Positions 8,866 through 19,118 of a stretch of DNA of 64,000 nt are shown here, in pieces. Position numbers and translations under genes: made by a program. The stretch's first letter is position 1. Each line of letters begins with the position of its first letter. The notes beneath the pieces were generated by a model. The model saw only the letters and a program-made list of their open reading frames with translations. It was not told the DNA's origin and did not search any database. Origin of the DNA: Spirochaetia bacterium (GTDB taxonomy: Bacteria > Spirochaetota > Spirochaetia > CADAEX01); NCBI GenBank assembly GCA_963662795.1, contig OY759746.1:2496001-2560000 (forward strand). Reading direction: 5' to 3'.

Positions 8866-9516
8866 ATGATAAAAAACAAACTTGTTATTTTTGATTACGA
8901 CGGGGTGATTGCCGATTCTCTTTCTTTATGGATAAATGCATTTGCGGATGCCGGTGTTATCAACAATATTCCCTACAGGCTTACAAAAAAAGAGATAAGC
9001 CGGCTTGAGCATATTACATTCGGATCTATTTTAAGCCAGGCAGGCCTGGATAAGCATGAATCTGTTTCAAAGTATGTCCAGGATATAATAGCCATATTTG
9101 ATAAAAAAACTGACGATGTAAAATTTTTTCCCGGAATTGGAATGCTGATGGAAAATCTTCACAATGCCGGAAATATAATCTGCATAAACACTGCGAATAA
9201 TTCTGCGGTAGTCAGAAAAAGACTTGAGTCAGAAGGACTGATCTCTTTTGTCTCGGATATTGCGGGAGGAGACCACGAAGGGAGCAAGTCGGATAAGATA
9301 CTTCTTTTTCTGGCTAATTACGGGTTTGATAAAAAGAATGCTTTCATGATCGGGGATTCGCTCGGAGACATTACAGAGGGGAAGAAAGCCGGTGTCAAAA
9401 CAGTTGCGGCAGGCTACGGCTGGCAGGAATCTGAAAAACTTATGTCGGGGCAACCTGATTTTTTCTGCAGTACGCCGGAAGATCTTGGATCATTGTTTTT
9501 ATCAGATGTCTGCTGA
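8866..9516 (+). CDS. HAD-superfamily hydrolase (phosphoglycolate phosphatase-like)
   Basis: FDYDGVIADS motif I; MIGDSLGDI motif IV; GYGW. Confidence 0.88.
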   Translation: MIKNKLVIFDYDGVIADSLSLWINAFADAGVINNIPYRLTKKEISRLEHITFGSILSQAGLDKHESVSKYVQDIIAIFDKKTDDVKFFPGIGMLMENLHNAGNIICINTANNSAVVRKRLESEGLISFVSDIAGGDHEGSKSDKILLFLANYGFDKKNAFMIGDSLGDITEGKKAGVKTVAAGYGWQESEKLMSGQPDFFCSTPEDLGSLFLSDVC

Positions 9517-10992
9517 AATCTTCCGGCCTGACTGATTTTCTGCGGATGCAGGGATTATTATACTGAAACGGACAATCCTGTTCCTCCCTTTTTTAGTGTT
9601 TTCCGCTGTAATAACTCCTCCGTGTTTTTCTACCGCGGCCTTTGCTATTGTCAGCCCGAGTCCTGATCCCCTGGTCGACCTGCTGAACTCACCCCTGTAA
9701 AGGCGGTCGAAGATTCTCTTTATTTCCTTTTCAGGTATTTCTCCCGGATTTTCCACAGATATAACGGCGCTGCTGCCGGACCGGGATATTGAAATCCTGA
9801 TTTTTGCCCCTTCCGGACTGTACTGGATGCTGTTCTGAGCAAGATTGCTTAAAGCCCGCGTTAATAGATTGACATCACATCTGATTATAAAATCATCATT
9901 TTCAATCTGCAGGGTAACCCCTTTTTCCTTTGCCTGGACCGCGAACCTTTCCCTTAATACATCTGCGAGTTCTCCTGATGAAATATCTGAAAGGACAAGT
10001 GCAGCTTCCGGAGATTCAATATTTGTGAGCCGGTTCATGTCCTCGACAAGATGTTCAAGTCTGCCTACTTCTGCGAGCAGCATCTCAAGCCTCTTGCTGT
10101 CCGGTTTGAGTACGCCGTCGGCCATGGCTTCCAGCTGCGCCTTTATTGCAGTTGTCGGAGTCCTTAAGTCATGGGCAATATCCTGTGTCCATTGTTTTCG
10201 AGCCCTCTCTTCTCCTGAAAGCCTCTCCTGCAATATAAGCGCACTTTTACTTATTGTTGCAATCTCATTGGAACTGCCATCGGGGAATTCAACATCCCGG
10301 CTTCCGGCTGCGAGTTTTTCAAGCCCGCCTGAAACAGCGGATGCCTCTTTTGTGATCCTTCCTGAAATAAGCGATGTTGAAAGTATCGCTGCCACGACAG
10401 ATAATGTGATTCCGATAAAAAGCGTAAGGAATACAGCCTGAAGAAGCCTGCGGTTAAGGCCGTCCTCTGTCTCAAACCTCGAGGATTTTACCCAAATATA
10501 CGCGGCCGTACGTCCTTCCAGTATAACCGGGGTAAGCGCCTTGAAAAAATCAGGCATCATTTCCATATGCGCATCAGGCATCATCATCCCCGGTCCATCC
10601 CTCCTGTTCATTCCCGGCCCGCCTGGCAGGTAGGTATTTCCGCCGGGCCACCGCTGGGCAGGGGGCATCATCATGCCGGGAGGAATCCGGTTTCTCTTTA
10701 TATTATGCGACAGGATGATATTCCCGTCAGGTGAAAAAACAATAAGCGAGAACCTCTCTCCGAGATGCTGCTCAAGTGCTTTTTTTATCCCTGCAACTGA
10801 AAAATTATCAGATCTGCTGTAGAATTTTTCAAGTGTTCTTGCAATTGAGGATGCATACCTTGCCTCTGAAGCCCTGTACCACCCTTTAAAGGCAATATTC
10901 AGGCCGGAAAAGATAATTACAGATACAAAAATGAGAAATATGGCAAGACTTGCTGAAAAGGAAAGTATTATTTTCTTTTTTAATGATGCCAT
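9502..10992 (-). CDS. Sensor histidine kinase (BaeS-like; HAMP-HisKA-HATPase)
   Basis: Two TM segments, DIAHDLRTP H-box, NLAQNSIQY N-box, FDRLYRG, GSGLGLTI. Confidence 0.93.
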   Translation of the reverse strand: MASLKKKIILSFSASLAIFLIFVSVIIFSGLNIAFKGWYRASEARYASSIARTLEKFYSRSDNFSVAGIKKALEQHLGERFSLIVFSPDGNIILSHNIKRNRIPPGMMMPPAQRWPGGNTYLPGGPGMNRRDGPGMMMPDAHMEMMPDFFKALTPVILEGRTAAYIWVKSSRFETEDGLNRRLLQAVFLTLFIGITLSVVAAILSTSLISGRITKEASAVSGGLEKLAAGSRDVEFPDGSSNEIATISKSALILQERLSGEERARKQWTQDIAHDLRTPTTAIKAQLEAMADGVLKPDSKRLEMLLAEVGRLEHLVEDMNRLTNIESPEAALVLSDISSGELADVLRERFAVQAKEKGVTLQIENDDFIIRCDVNLLTRALSNLAQNSIQYSPEGAKIRISISRSGSSAVISVENPGEIPEKEIKRIFDRLYRGEFSRSTRGSGLGLTIAKAAVEKHGGVITAENTKKGRNRIVRFSIIIPASAENQSGRKISADI

Positions 10993-10995
10993 GTC

Positions 10996-11700
10996 CTATC
11001 CTGATATCTTTCCGTCAAACCTGTAGCCGAACCCCCTGACTGTTTTTATCCAGTTTTGGTTTTTCATTTTTGACCTTATATTTTTTATGTGTGTATCAAC
11101 AGTCCTTTCCGATCCTTCATAAAAATAATCAAGGCATTCTCCAAGGATCTTTTCCCTTGAAAGAAGTATCCCTGCATTGCCGGCAAGGTAATCTGTTATT
11201 TTCCATTCCGCTGCAGTAAGATCCACTGTTTCCCCGTTTTCCATTACGGTGTGACTCTCCTCATCAATTTTAAGTGTCATTCCGTCAAGGGTCCAGACTG
11301 ATTTTCCGTTTCTCCCTTCCGCCTCAGATCCGGCCGGCTTATGAGTCCGTTTCAGAACTGCCTCAACCCTTAGTACCAGTTCCCGCGGTGAAAAAGGTTT
11401 TACAACATAGTCATCAGCTCCGATCTCAAACCCTGTTATCCTGTCTGATTCCTGGTCCCTTGCAGTAAGAAAAATAAACGGGATATCATTTTTTTTCCTG
11501 ATCTGTTTCGCGAGATTAAACCCGCTGCCGTCAGGCAGCATTATGTCGATAATAATTAAATCAGGCTGTTTTTTACTGACAGAGTCAATTACCCCGTCAA
11601 GTTTTGCGAACCTGACGACTTCATGCTCGTTAAGCTCAAGATAACCTTTTACCGCTTCGCTTATTGCATCGTTATCCTCAACAATATATATTCTTGCCAT
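10996..11700 (-). CDS. OmpR-family response regulator (start revised to ATG 11700)
   Basis: MARIYIVEDN, IIDIMLPDGSG, FLTAR, GADDYVVKPF; winged helix RTVDTHIKNIRSK...TVRGFGY. Confidence 0.93.
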   Translation of the reverse strand: MARIYIVEDNDAISEAVKGYLELNEHEVVRFAKLDGVIDSVSKKQPDLIIIDIMLPDGSGFNLAKQIRKKNDIPFIFLTARDQESDRITGFEIGADDYVVKPFSPRELVLRVEAVLKRTHKPAGSEAEGRNGKSVWTLDGMTLKIDEESHTVMENGETVDLTAAEWKITDYLAGNAGILLSREKILGECLDYFYEGSERTVDTHIKNIRSKMKNQNWIKTVRGFGYRFDGKISG

Positions 11701-11794
11701 ATATACAATATATGTGCAGTATTGAAAATAATAAATGATTATTTTGTGAAGATTCGGTGGAGAGAAGCGGGCGCATGTGAAGTGAATAATACCA

Positions 11795-12847
11795 ATGCTC
11801 ATACCCGGAGAATGCGTAACTCAGGGTTTAAAGGCGGTTAATGGAAAGGTGAACAGCGGAATTGAAAAGAAAAGACTTTCAATATTAAAAATTCTTCAAG
11901 ATTCGTCAGAGCCTTTGTCAAGCGCTGTAATAACAGAAGAGCTTAACAGGATGGGCAGCTCCATAAGCGAAAGGACTGTAAGGTTTCACCTCCTTGATAT
12001 GGACCGCTGCGGGCTTACAGAGCGGGCGGGAAAACTGGGACGGCTGATTACACCGCTGGGCTCTGATGAACTTTCAATTGCAAGAATACATGAGAAGGTG
12101 GGTTTTCTTACCGCAAGAATTGATGAGATGACCTGGCGGATGGATTACAATATCTGGAACGGCACAGGACGAATTGTCATAAATGTGACTCTTGTAAAAA
12201 ACAGTGATTTACCCCCAGCTGTTCCCCTGCTCGCAAAAAGTTTTGAATCAGGTTTTACCATGGGTGAACTTGTGACAGTAATCAGGCCGGGTGAGACCGC
12301 CGGAACTGTAAAGATACCATGGGACTGTACAGGTATCGGCACTGTAAGCTCAATCAACGTCAACGCGGTCCTTCTTAAAAACAGCATACCTGCTGTTTCT
12401 TTATTCGGCGGCATTCTTGAGATATCAGACATGAAGCCCCAGAGATTCCTTGAGGTGATAAAATATGACGGGACAACTATCGATCCCCTTGAGATATTCA
12501 TTAAAGGGAGAATGACAGATATCCGGGGTATTACTGAAACCGGAAACGGCAGGGCAGGCGCAAGTTTTATAGAAATGCCGGGCGTGAGCAGGAAAGAGTT
12601 TATTGATATCAACAATGCTGTACGTGCGGCCGGACTCGGCGGCGCCCTTGCCGCCGGATGGCCTGGAAAGGAACTGCTTGGGATACCGGTAAACGAAGGA
12701 AGAGCGGGAGGAATTGTCCCCGGGGGGCTTAATGCTGTTGCTTTTCTTGAGGAAAACGGCATTGAAGTAAAATCCCAGGCCCTTTCCTGTCTGATGGATA
12801 TAGGAAATATGTTCAGCTACAGGGAGCTGAAGAACAGGCTTAAATAA
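11795..12847 (+). CDS. nrpR: NrpR-family nitrogen-responsive repressor (wHTH plus one NRD/DUF128 domain); start possibly GTG 11849
   Basis: ILKILQDSSEPLSS...ISERTVRFHL wHTH; TGIGTVSSI, FGGILE, YDGTTIDPLEIFI and GGLNAVAFLEE are typical of NrpR regulatory domains. Confidence 0.85.
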   Translation: MLIPGECVTQGLKAVNGKVNSGIEKKRLSILKILQDSSEPLSSAVITEELNRMGSSISERTVRFHLLDMDRCGLTERAGKLGRLITPLGSDELSIARIHEKVGFLTARIDEMTWRMDYNIWNGTGRIVINVTLVKNSDLPPAVPLLAKSFESGFTMGELVTVIRPGETAGTVKIPWDCTGIGTVSSINVNAVLLKNSIPAVSLFGGILEISDMKPQRFLEVIKYDGTTIDPLEIFIKGRMTDIRGITETGNGRAGASFIEMPGVSRKEFIDINNAVRAAGLGGALAAGWPGKELLGIPVNEGRAGGIVPGGLNAVAFLEENGIEVKSQALSCLMDIGNMFSYRELKNRLK

Positions 12848-12864
12848 ATTTTTACTCACTTTTA

Positions 12865-13059
12865 AGGCAGGTTATTGCCTGTAGTCCGGCAATATTGCCG
12901 TAACAGTAGATGAAGATTCCTTTGCAAATATTAAATAAATAAAAAATATCCAATAACTCTATAATAGAGAATATCCTTTAGCCCTTTCTGTTATACTTAA
13001 TTGACAAAAAATACTGGTGATGTTAGATTCCTGAAAATCAAACGGCAAGTCATTGCCGT
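12865..13059 (+). promoter_or_regulatory. gltBD sigma70 promoter with three GGCA...TGCC palindromes
   Basis: TTGACA(13001-13006)-17 bp-TAGATT(13024-13029) with extended TG; palindromes at 12865-12880, 12887-12900 and 13042-13059. Confidence 0.7.
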
Positions 13060-13071
13060 GAGGAAGGGAAT

Positions 13072-16000
13072 ATGTCTGAAAAAACACTTTATGACCCCTC
13101 TTTTGAGCACGATAACTGCGGAGTCGGCTTTATTGCGGATATAAGCGGAAAAATCTCCCACGATATTATTGAAAAAGGGCTTCTGATTCTGAAAAACCTT
13201 GAACACCGCGGAGCGTCCGGAAGTGATTCAAATTCCGGTGACGGGGCAGGGATCCTTTCCGGGATACCTCATGATTTTTTTAAAGCTGTCGCTGCCAGGT
13301 CAGGAATAACCCTCCCGAAGCAGAACTCATACGGTGTCGGGATGCTGTTTATGCCCCGAAACCCCTCACAGGCAGAAGAAATTGAAAAAGATATTACAGA
13401 AATAATTAAAAGCCGCGGAGGTGAAATTCTTTTATGGCGCAGTGTTCCTGTTGCGCCTGAATGCCTTGGAGAGACTGCTTTACTCTCAAGACCTTATGTC
13501 AGACAGCTTGTCATGAAAATCGGATCGCTCTCGGGAGATGATCTTGAAAAAGAGCTTTATATTATAAGGCGGAGCATAGAGAAAAAGGAAGAATCAAATT
13601 ATTCAATAGAAGATTTTTATATCCCTTCTTTTTCCGCATATACAATTGTCTATAAGGGGCTTTTTATTGCGCCCCAGCTGGAACAGTTCTATCCTGACCT
13701 CACGGACAGCCTTTTCACGAGCTGCTTTGCGGTAGTTCACCAGAGATACAGCACAAATACATTTCCATCATGGCAGCTTGCCCAGCCTTTCAGGTATATT
13801 GCCCATAACGGGGAAATCAATACGATCCGGGGCAATGTAAGCAGGATGAAAGCCCGGGAGCAGACAATTATCGCGGAAAGCAGTGACCCTTACTATGAAA
13901 AAGTAATGCCTGTCATTAATGACGCTTTAAGCGATTCAGGCTGTTTTGATAATGTTTTTGAACTTCTTTTAAGGAGCGGCAGAAGCGCCGCCCACACGGT
14001 AATGATGATGATCCCCGAGCCGTTCAGCAGCGAGTATCATATAAGCCAGGACAGGCGGGCTTTTTACCAGTATCACGCGGCCCTTATGGAGCCGTGGGAT
14101 GGGCCGGCCGCCCTTGTTTTTACAGACGGAAAGATGGCAGCCGCTTCGCTGGACAGGAACGGACTCCGGCCTGCCAGATGGACAATTACAGGAGACAACA
14201 GGTTTATACTTGCCTCTGAAGCCGGCGTTATTCCTCTTGAAGATGAAAATATCAGAAGTACGGGACGGCTTTCCCCGGGAAGGATGGTTATAGTTGATTT
14301 TACCAAAAAGAGGGTTCTTTATGATAATGAAATCAAGGCATCTGTTACCAGGCAGAAGCCTTACCGGAAGTGGCTGGGAGAAAATCAGATTGATCTAAAG
14401 AACATGCTTCAGCTTCCAGGGGAAAATATTATAGAAAAACCGGATGTGAATCTTCTCTCTTCCGTTTTCGGCTATACAGGGGAGGATTTTGCCATAACAC
14501 TTAAAACAATGGCGGAAACGGGGCATGAGCCTGTAATTTCAATGGGGAATGATACTCCCCTTGCAGTCCTTTCAAAAAAGCCCCAGATGCTGTATCCGTT
14601 TTTCAGGCAGTTTTTTGCACAGGTTACAAATCCCCCCATCGATCCGCTCAGGGAAAAGATTGTAATGTCGCTTATGAGTTTTATAGGGAGGGAGAGAAAC
14701 CTGCTTGAGGAGACTCCTCTGCACTGCAGGCAGATCAAGCTGAACCATCCTGTTCTTACAAACGATGATATTGCAAAACTTATCGAAATTGATCTTGAAG
14801 GGCAGCGGACGGAAGTCCTTAAAATGTTTTATTACTGTACGGATAAATGCGCGGAGCAGCTTGATGAGGCGCTTACAAGTCTGTGCCTGAGGACAGAAGA
14901 AAAAATTGACATGGGAGCGACATTTGTTGTCCTTAGCGACAAAAATCTTGAAAACCGGCAGATACCCATTCCCGCGCTGCTTGCTGTTTCGGCAGTGCAT
15001 AATTACCTTGCCTCAAGAAAGAAAAGACAGCTTGCGGGGCTGATAGTGGAAACCGGCGAGGCCAGGGAGGTAATGCACTTTGCCGCGCTTATCAATGCCG
15101 GCGCAAGCGCGGTAAATCCCTATCTTGCATTTGAGCTTATCAGTTATATGAAGGAAAACGGAAAGATTGAGGATGATATCAAGCTGGACACGGCATTTGA
15201 AAACTATATTGAAGCAATAAAGCAGGGTCTGTTAAAGATTATGTCAAAAATGGGGATATCGACCATAAGAAGCTACCGGGGAGCAAAGACTCTTGAGGCG
15301 GTAGGGCTTTCATCTGATTTTATCAGCCGGTTCTTCCCGGGGATTGTTTCAAGGATCGGCGGTATAGGTCTTGACGAGATCGCATCCTCTGCCGCTGAAA
15401 GATACACACAGGCGGTCCGGACCGCAATCAGCAGCAAGGCGGTGGATTTTCCTGAAAGTGCCGGGACGCTTCACTACAGAAGGGGAGGGGAACAGCATCT
15501 GATGTCGCCTGAGGCTGTTGTTTATCTTCAGCGTTCTGTCCGGAGAAGCGATTATGAACTTTATAAAAAATATACAGAGGAAATAGATAATAAGACCAGC
15601 AGAAACACAACGCTGAGATCTCTTTTCAGATTTAAAAAAGGGGATCCTGTCCCGGTTGACGAGGTTGAGAGGGAAGATTCAATTGTAAAGAGATTTGTTT
15701 CCTCTGCCATGTCACTGGGCTCCTTAAGCGTTGAGGCGCATCATACTCTGGCTGCGGCCATGAACGCTCTGGGCTCTTCCAGCAACTCGGGCGAAGGGGG
15801 AGAGGAAGAGTCAAGGGTATCAGGAAAAGAGAGCAGCGATGCTTCAGTACCTGTGTCCGATGCGGGGAAAATAAGACAGATAGCTTCGGCGAGGTTCGGA
15901 GTTACAAGTCATTATATAGCAAACGCCAGAGAACTTCAGATAAAGATTGCACAGGGGGCAAAACCAGGAGAAGGGGGACATCTGCCGGGCTACAAGGTGA

Positions 16001-17619
16001 ATGAACTTATTGCTTCGGTCAGGTATTCAACTCCCGGTGTTACACTTATTTCCCCTCCTCCTCACCACGATATCTATTCAATAGAAGATCTTTCCCAGCT
16101 CATATATGATCTTAAAAACGCCAATCCCGAGGCGCGTATTTCCGTAAAGCTTGTTTCAGAAGCCGGAGTGGGAACAATCGCTTCAGGCGTTGCCAAGGCA
16201 GGTGCTGACATGGTTCTCATCAGCGGACATGACGGCGGAACAGGCGCGGCACCTGTCTCATCTGTTAAGTATGCCGGGCTCCCGTGGGAACTGGGGCTTG
16301 CTGAAACACAGCAGACACTTGTAAAAAACAATCTCAGGAGCAAGATAAGAATTCAGACAGACGGGCAGCTTAGAACAGGAAGGGATATAGCAATTGCTTC
16401 ACTGCTTGGCTCCGAAGAGTTCGGGTTTGGAACTGTCTCACTTGTCTGTCTGGGATGTATTATGATGAGAAAATGCCATAAAAACAGCTGTCCCGTCGGC
16501 ATTGCGACCCAGGATGAAGAACTCAGGAAGAGGTTTGCAGGAAAGCCTGAACATTTAATGAATTTCATGATTTTTACGGCAAGGCATTTAAGAGAGATAA
16601 TGGCATCGCTCGGCTTCAGGAGCCTTGATGAGATGACAGGCAGGTCAGATATGCTTGAAATCGATGATGAGAACCCTGTTATTGCAGAGAGAAAAATCAA
16701 CCTTTCACGTCTGATCTCTTTTGAACCGGTTCCTGATGAAATGAGAAAATCTTCATTATCAGGAAACTTTAAAAGGGAAAAAATTGATTTTCACGACCCT
16801 GTCGAAGATGCACTTATTGAATCTGTCCTTGAAAAAATCTATGCGGGAGAAAAAGCGGTTTTCAGTTCTGATATTTCAAACACAAACAGATCAATCGGAG
16901 CAAGGCTTTCATGGCACGTGTCAGGTAAATTCGGCCCCCGCGGCATGGAAGACGGTATGGTAAAAGCCCGTTTCAGGGGAAACGCAGGGCAGAGTTTCGG
17001 GGCATTCCTTTCCGGGGGGATTACCTTTATCATAAAAGGTTCGCTTAACGATTATCCGGGAAAAGGACTTTCCGGCGGAATTATAGCGGCTTTCCCTCCC
17101 GATACCCTGAAATTCCGCGCGGGGAAAAACGTCATTGCCGGCAACGCAGCCCTTTACGGGGCTACCTCCGGAAGCGCATTCTTCTCCGGTATGGCGGGAG
17201 AGAGGTTCTGTGTGAGAAACAGCGGAGCTTTAGCTGTAGCTGAAGGGACTGGGGACCACGGCTGTGAATACATGACAGGGGGAATAGTTGTTATTCTCGG
17301 GAGAACAGGGATAAATTTCGCTGCGGGAATGAGCGGCGGGACAGCCTATGTGCTTGATGAGGACCAGCTTTTTGATACGAGGTGCAACCTGGAGATGGTT
17401 GATATTGAACCTGTATCCCTTGAACGGGATAAAAAAGAACTGAAAGCAATTATTTCAAAGCATGCTGACTATACAGGCAGCGAATTCGGGAGAAACATAC
17501 TGTTTCACTGGGAGGAAATGTGGCCTCTCTTTGTAAAAGTAATACCATTTGAATACGGCAGCATAATGAGACCGTTATGGGAACGGGAAGAAAAGGAGCT
17601 TTGCAATGGGAAAGAATAA
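13072..17619 (+). CDS. gltB: Glutamate synthase large subunit
   Basis: HDNCGVGF, HQRYSTNTFPSW, AHNGEINT, EPWDGPA, IAQGAKPGEGG, PPPHHDIYSIEDL, CIMMRKCHKNSCP, GXGXG repeats. Confidence 0.97.
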   Translation: MSEKTLYDPSFEHDNCGVGFIADISGKISHDIIEKGLLILKNLEHRGASGSDSNSGDGAGILSGIPHDFFKAVAARSGITLPKQNSYGVGMLFMPRNPSQAEEIEKDITEIIKSRGGEILLWRSVPVAPECLGETALLSRPYVRQLVMKIGSLSGDDLEKELYIIRRSIEKKEESNYSIEDFYIPSFSAYTIVYKGLFIAPQLEQFYPDLTDSLFTSCFAVVHQRYSTNTFPSWQLAQPFRYIAHNGEINTIRGNVSRMKAREQTIIAESSDPYYEKVMPVINDALSDSGCFDNVFELLLRSGRSAAHTVMMMIPEPFSSEYHISQDRRAFYQYHAALMEPWDGPAALVFTDGKMAAASLDRNGLRPARWTITGDNRFILASEAGVIPLEDENIRSTGRLSPGRMVIVDFTKKRVLYDNEIKASVTRQKPYRKWLGENQIDLKNMLQLPGENIIEKPDVNLLSSVFGYTGEDFAITLKTMAETGHEPVISMGNDTPLAVLSKKPQMLYPFFRQFFAQVTNPPIDPLREKIVMSLMSFIGRERNLLEETPLHCRQIKLNHPVLTNDDIAKLIEIDLEGQRTEVLKMFYYCTDKCAEQLDEALTSLCLRTEEKIDMGATFVVLSDKNLENRQIPIPALLAVSAVHNYLASRKKRQLAGLIVETGEAREVMHFAALINAGASAVNPYLAFELISYMKENGKIEDDIKLDTAFENYIEAIKQGLLKIMSKMGISTIRSYRGAKTLEAVGLSSDFISRFFPGIVSRIGGIGLDEIASSAAERYTQAVRTAISSKAVDFPESAGTLHYRRGGEQHLMSPEAVVYLQRSVRRSDYELYKKYTEEIDNKTSRNTTLRSLFRFKKGDPVPVDEVEREDSIVKRFVSSAMSLGSLSVEAHHTLAAAMNALGSSSNSGEGGEEESRVSGKESSDASVPVSDAGKIRQIASARFGVTSHYIANARELQIKIAQGAKPGEGGHLPGYKVNELIASVRYSTPGVTLISPPPHHDIYSIEDLSQLIYDLKNANPEARISVKLVSEAGVGTIASGVAKAGADMVLISGHDGGTGAAPVSSVKYAGLPWELGLAETQQTLVKNNLRSKIRIQTDGQLRTGRDIAIASLLGSEEFGFGTVSLVCLGCIMMRKCHKNSCPVGIATQDEELRKRFAGKPEHLMNFMIFTARHLREIMASLGFRSLDEMTGRSDMLEIDDENPVIAERKINLSRLISFEPVPDEMRKSSLSGNFKREKIDFHDPVEDALIESVLEKIYAGEKAVFSSDISNTNRSIGARLSWHVSGKFGPRGMEDGMVKARFRGNAGQSFGAFLSGGITFIIKGSLNDYPGKGLSGGIIAAFPPDTLKFRAGKNVIAGNAALYGATSGSAFFSGMAGERFCVRNSGALAVAEGTGDHGCEYMTGGIVVILGRTGINFAAGMSGGTAYVLDEDQLFDTRCNLEMVDIEPVSLERDKKELKAIISKHADYTGSEFGRNILFHWEEMWPLFVKVIPFEYGSIMRPLWEREEKELCNGKE

Positions 17620-19087
17620 GGGATTTCTTGAATTCAGTAAAACATATCCGACTTATCAGCCTGTACGGGACAGGGTATCCCATTACAGGGAATTTACAAA
17701 TAATCCTGACCTTAAAAAAATACAGACAGAATGCGGCAGGTGCATGGATTGCGGAATTCCGTACTGTCATGCCCTGGGATGCCCTCTGGGTACACTGATC
17801 CCGGAAATAAATGAAAATATATGGAACGGGGATTATCATGAAGCGTACCTGCGCCTTGAATCAACAGGAAATTTTCCCGAAATTACAGGGAGACTATGCC
17901 CCGCACTTTGTGAAGCATCATGTTCCCTTTCTGTCAATGACTATCCTGTTTCCATAAAATGCATTGAATACAGGCTTGCTGAAACAGCTTTTAAAAACGG
18001 CTGGGTAATTCCTTTGCCCCCTGTCTCTGAAAACGGAATCAAGGTCGCTGTAATAGGCTCCGGGCCGGCAGGACTTGCCGCGGCCCAGCAGTTAAGGAGG
18101 GCCGGCTTCAGCGTGACAGTTTTTGAAAAAGATAAAAAACCGGGCGGACTTCTACGCTACGGCATTCCTTCATTCAAACTCGAAAAGTGGGTTCTTGACA
18201 GGCGTCTTGAGCAGCTTAAGGAGGAGGGTGTTGTCTTCCGTAATGAAGTTGTTATCGGTGATGACATTTCCGCTGAATACCTGCGCCGTTTTTATAATAT
18301 TATTGTACTTGCGACAGGAGCGGGCAAACCGAGAGAAATCAAGGCAATCGGCTCAGGTTTTGAAAATATTGTATATGCGCTTGATTATCTTTCATCATCG
18401 GAGAGATGTCTTTCAGGAGAGTCTGCCGGAGACGGAACAGGCTGGCAAAAGCGTATAAATGCAGAAGGTAAAAGTGTTCTCGTTATAGGCGGCGGAGATA
18501 CAGGTGCCGATTGTGTCGGGACTGCCGTGAGACAGGGGGCAAAAAAGATCTGTCAGTTTGAAATAATGATGCCGCCCGAATCCCATAGCGGTGCAGGCAA
18601 TCCTGCGTGGCCCGATTATCCGGGGATAATGAGAAATTCATCCTCTCATGAAGAGGGCGGACAGCGGTATTGGGCTACGGAGGTCTATCAGTTTACTGGC
18701 AAGGATGTATATGTCGAAAAAGCGCTCTGCCGCAGGGTAAGCTGGAATTATGACCCGGCATCGGGGCGGCACAGCTTCAGTCCTGTAGGAGGCAGTGAAT
18801 TTGAAGCTGATGCAGACCTTGTTATAATAGCAGCCGGATTTATCCACACGGAACACAGCCGCCTTCTTTCCAAACTGGGAGTGACATTTGACAGGGCTGG
18901 TAATATAAAAAAAGATGAAAATAATATGACAGATGCTGAAGGAATATACGCTGCCGGGGACTGCTCTGCCGGAGCTTCGCTTATTGTAAAGGCAATTAAG
19001 AGCGGAAGGGATGCGGCGTCTTCCATCATAGCGAAATACAGAGATCTGCCTGGATACGAAGTTTCCGATAACACTCATTATCTTTGA
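17606..19087 (+). CDS. gltD: Glutamate synthase small subunit
   Basis: RCMDCGIPYCH...CP, TGRLCPALCEASC, VIGSGPAG, IGGGDTGADC; overlaps the end of gltB. Confidence 0.95.
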   Translation: MGKNKGFLEFSKTYPTYQPVRDRVSHYREFTNNPDLKKIQTECGRCMDCGIPYCHALGCPLGTLIPEINENIWNGDYHEAYLRLESTGNFPEITGRLCPALCEASCSLSVNDYPVSIKCIEYRLAETAFKNGWVIPLPPVSENGIKVAVIGSGPAGLAAAQQLRRAGFSVTVFEKDKKPGGLLRYGIPSFKLEKWVLDRRLEQLKEEGVVFRNEVVIGDDISAEYLRRFYNIIVLATGAGKPREIKAIGSGFENIVYALDYLSSSERCLSGESAGDGTGWQKRINAEGKSVLVIGGGDTGADCVGTAVRQGAKKICQFEIMMPPESHSGAGNPAWPDYPGIMRNSSSHEEGGQRYWATEVYQFTGKDVYVEKALCRRVSWNYDPASGRHSFSPVGGSEFEADADLVIIAAGFIHTEHSRLLSKLGVTFDRAGNIKKDENNMTDAEGIYAAGDCSAGASLIVKAIKSGRDAASSIIAKYRDLPGYEVSDNTHYL

Positions 19088-19118
19088 CTAACCCCGCTGC
19101 GGGGTATATATTATTGAA

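Noticed and set aside
11745-11845. GC-richer stretch upstream of nrpR as a riboswitch or ncRNA
   Set aside because: No convincing stems or known aptamer consensus by eye; an Rfam/Infernal scan would be needed.
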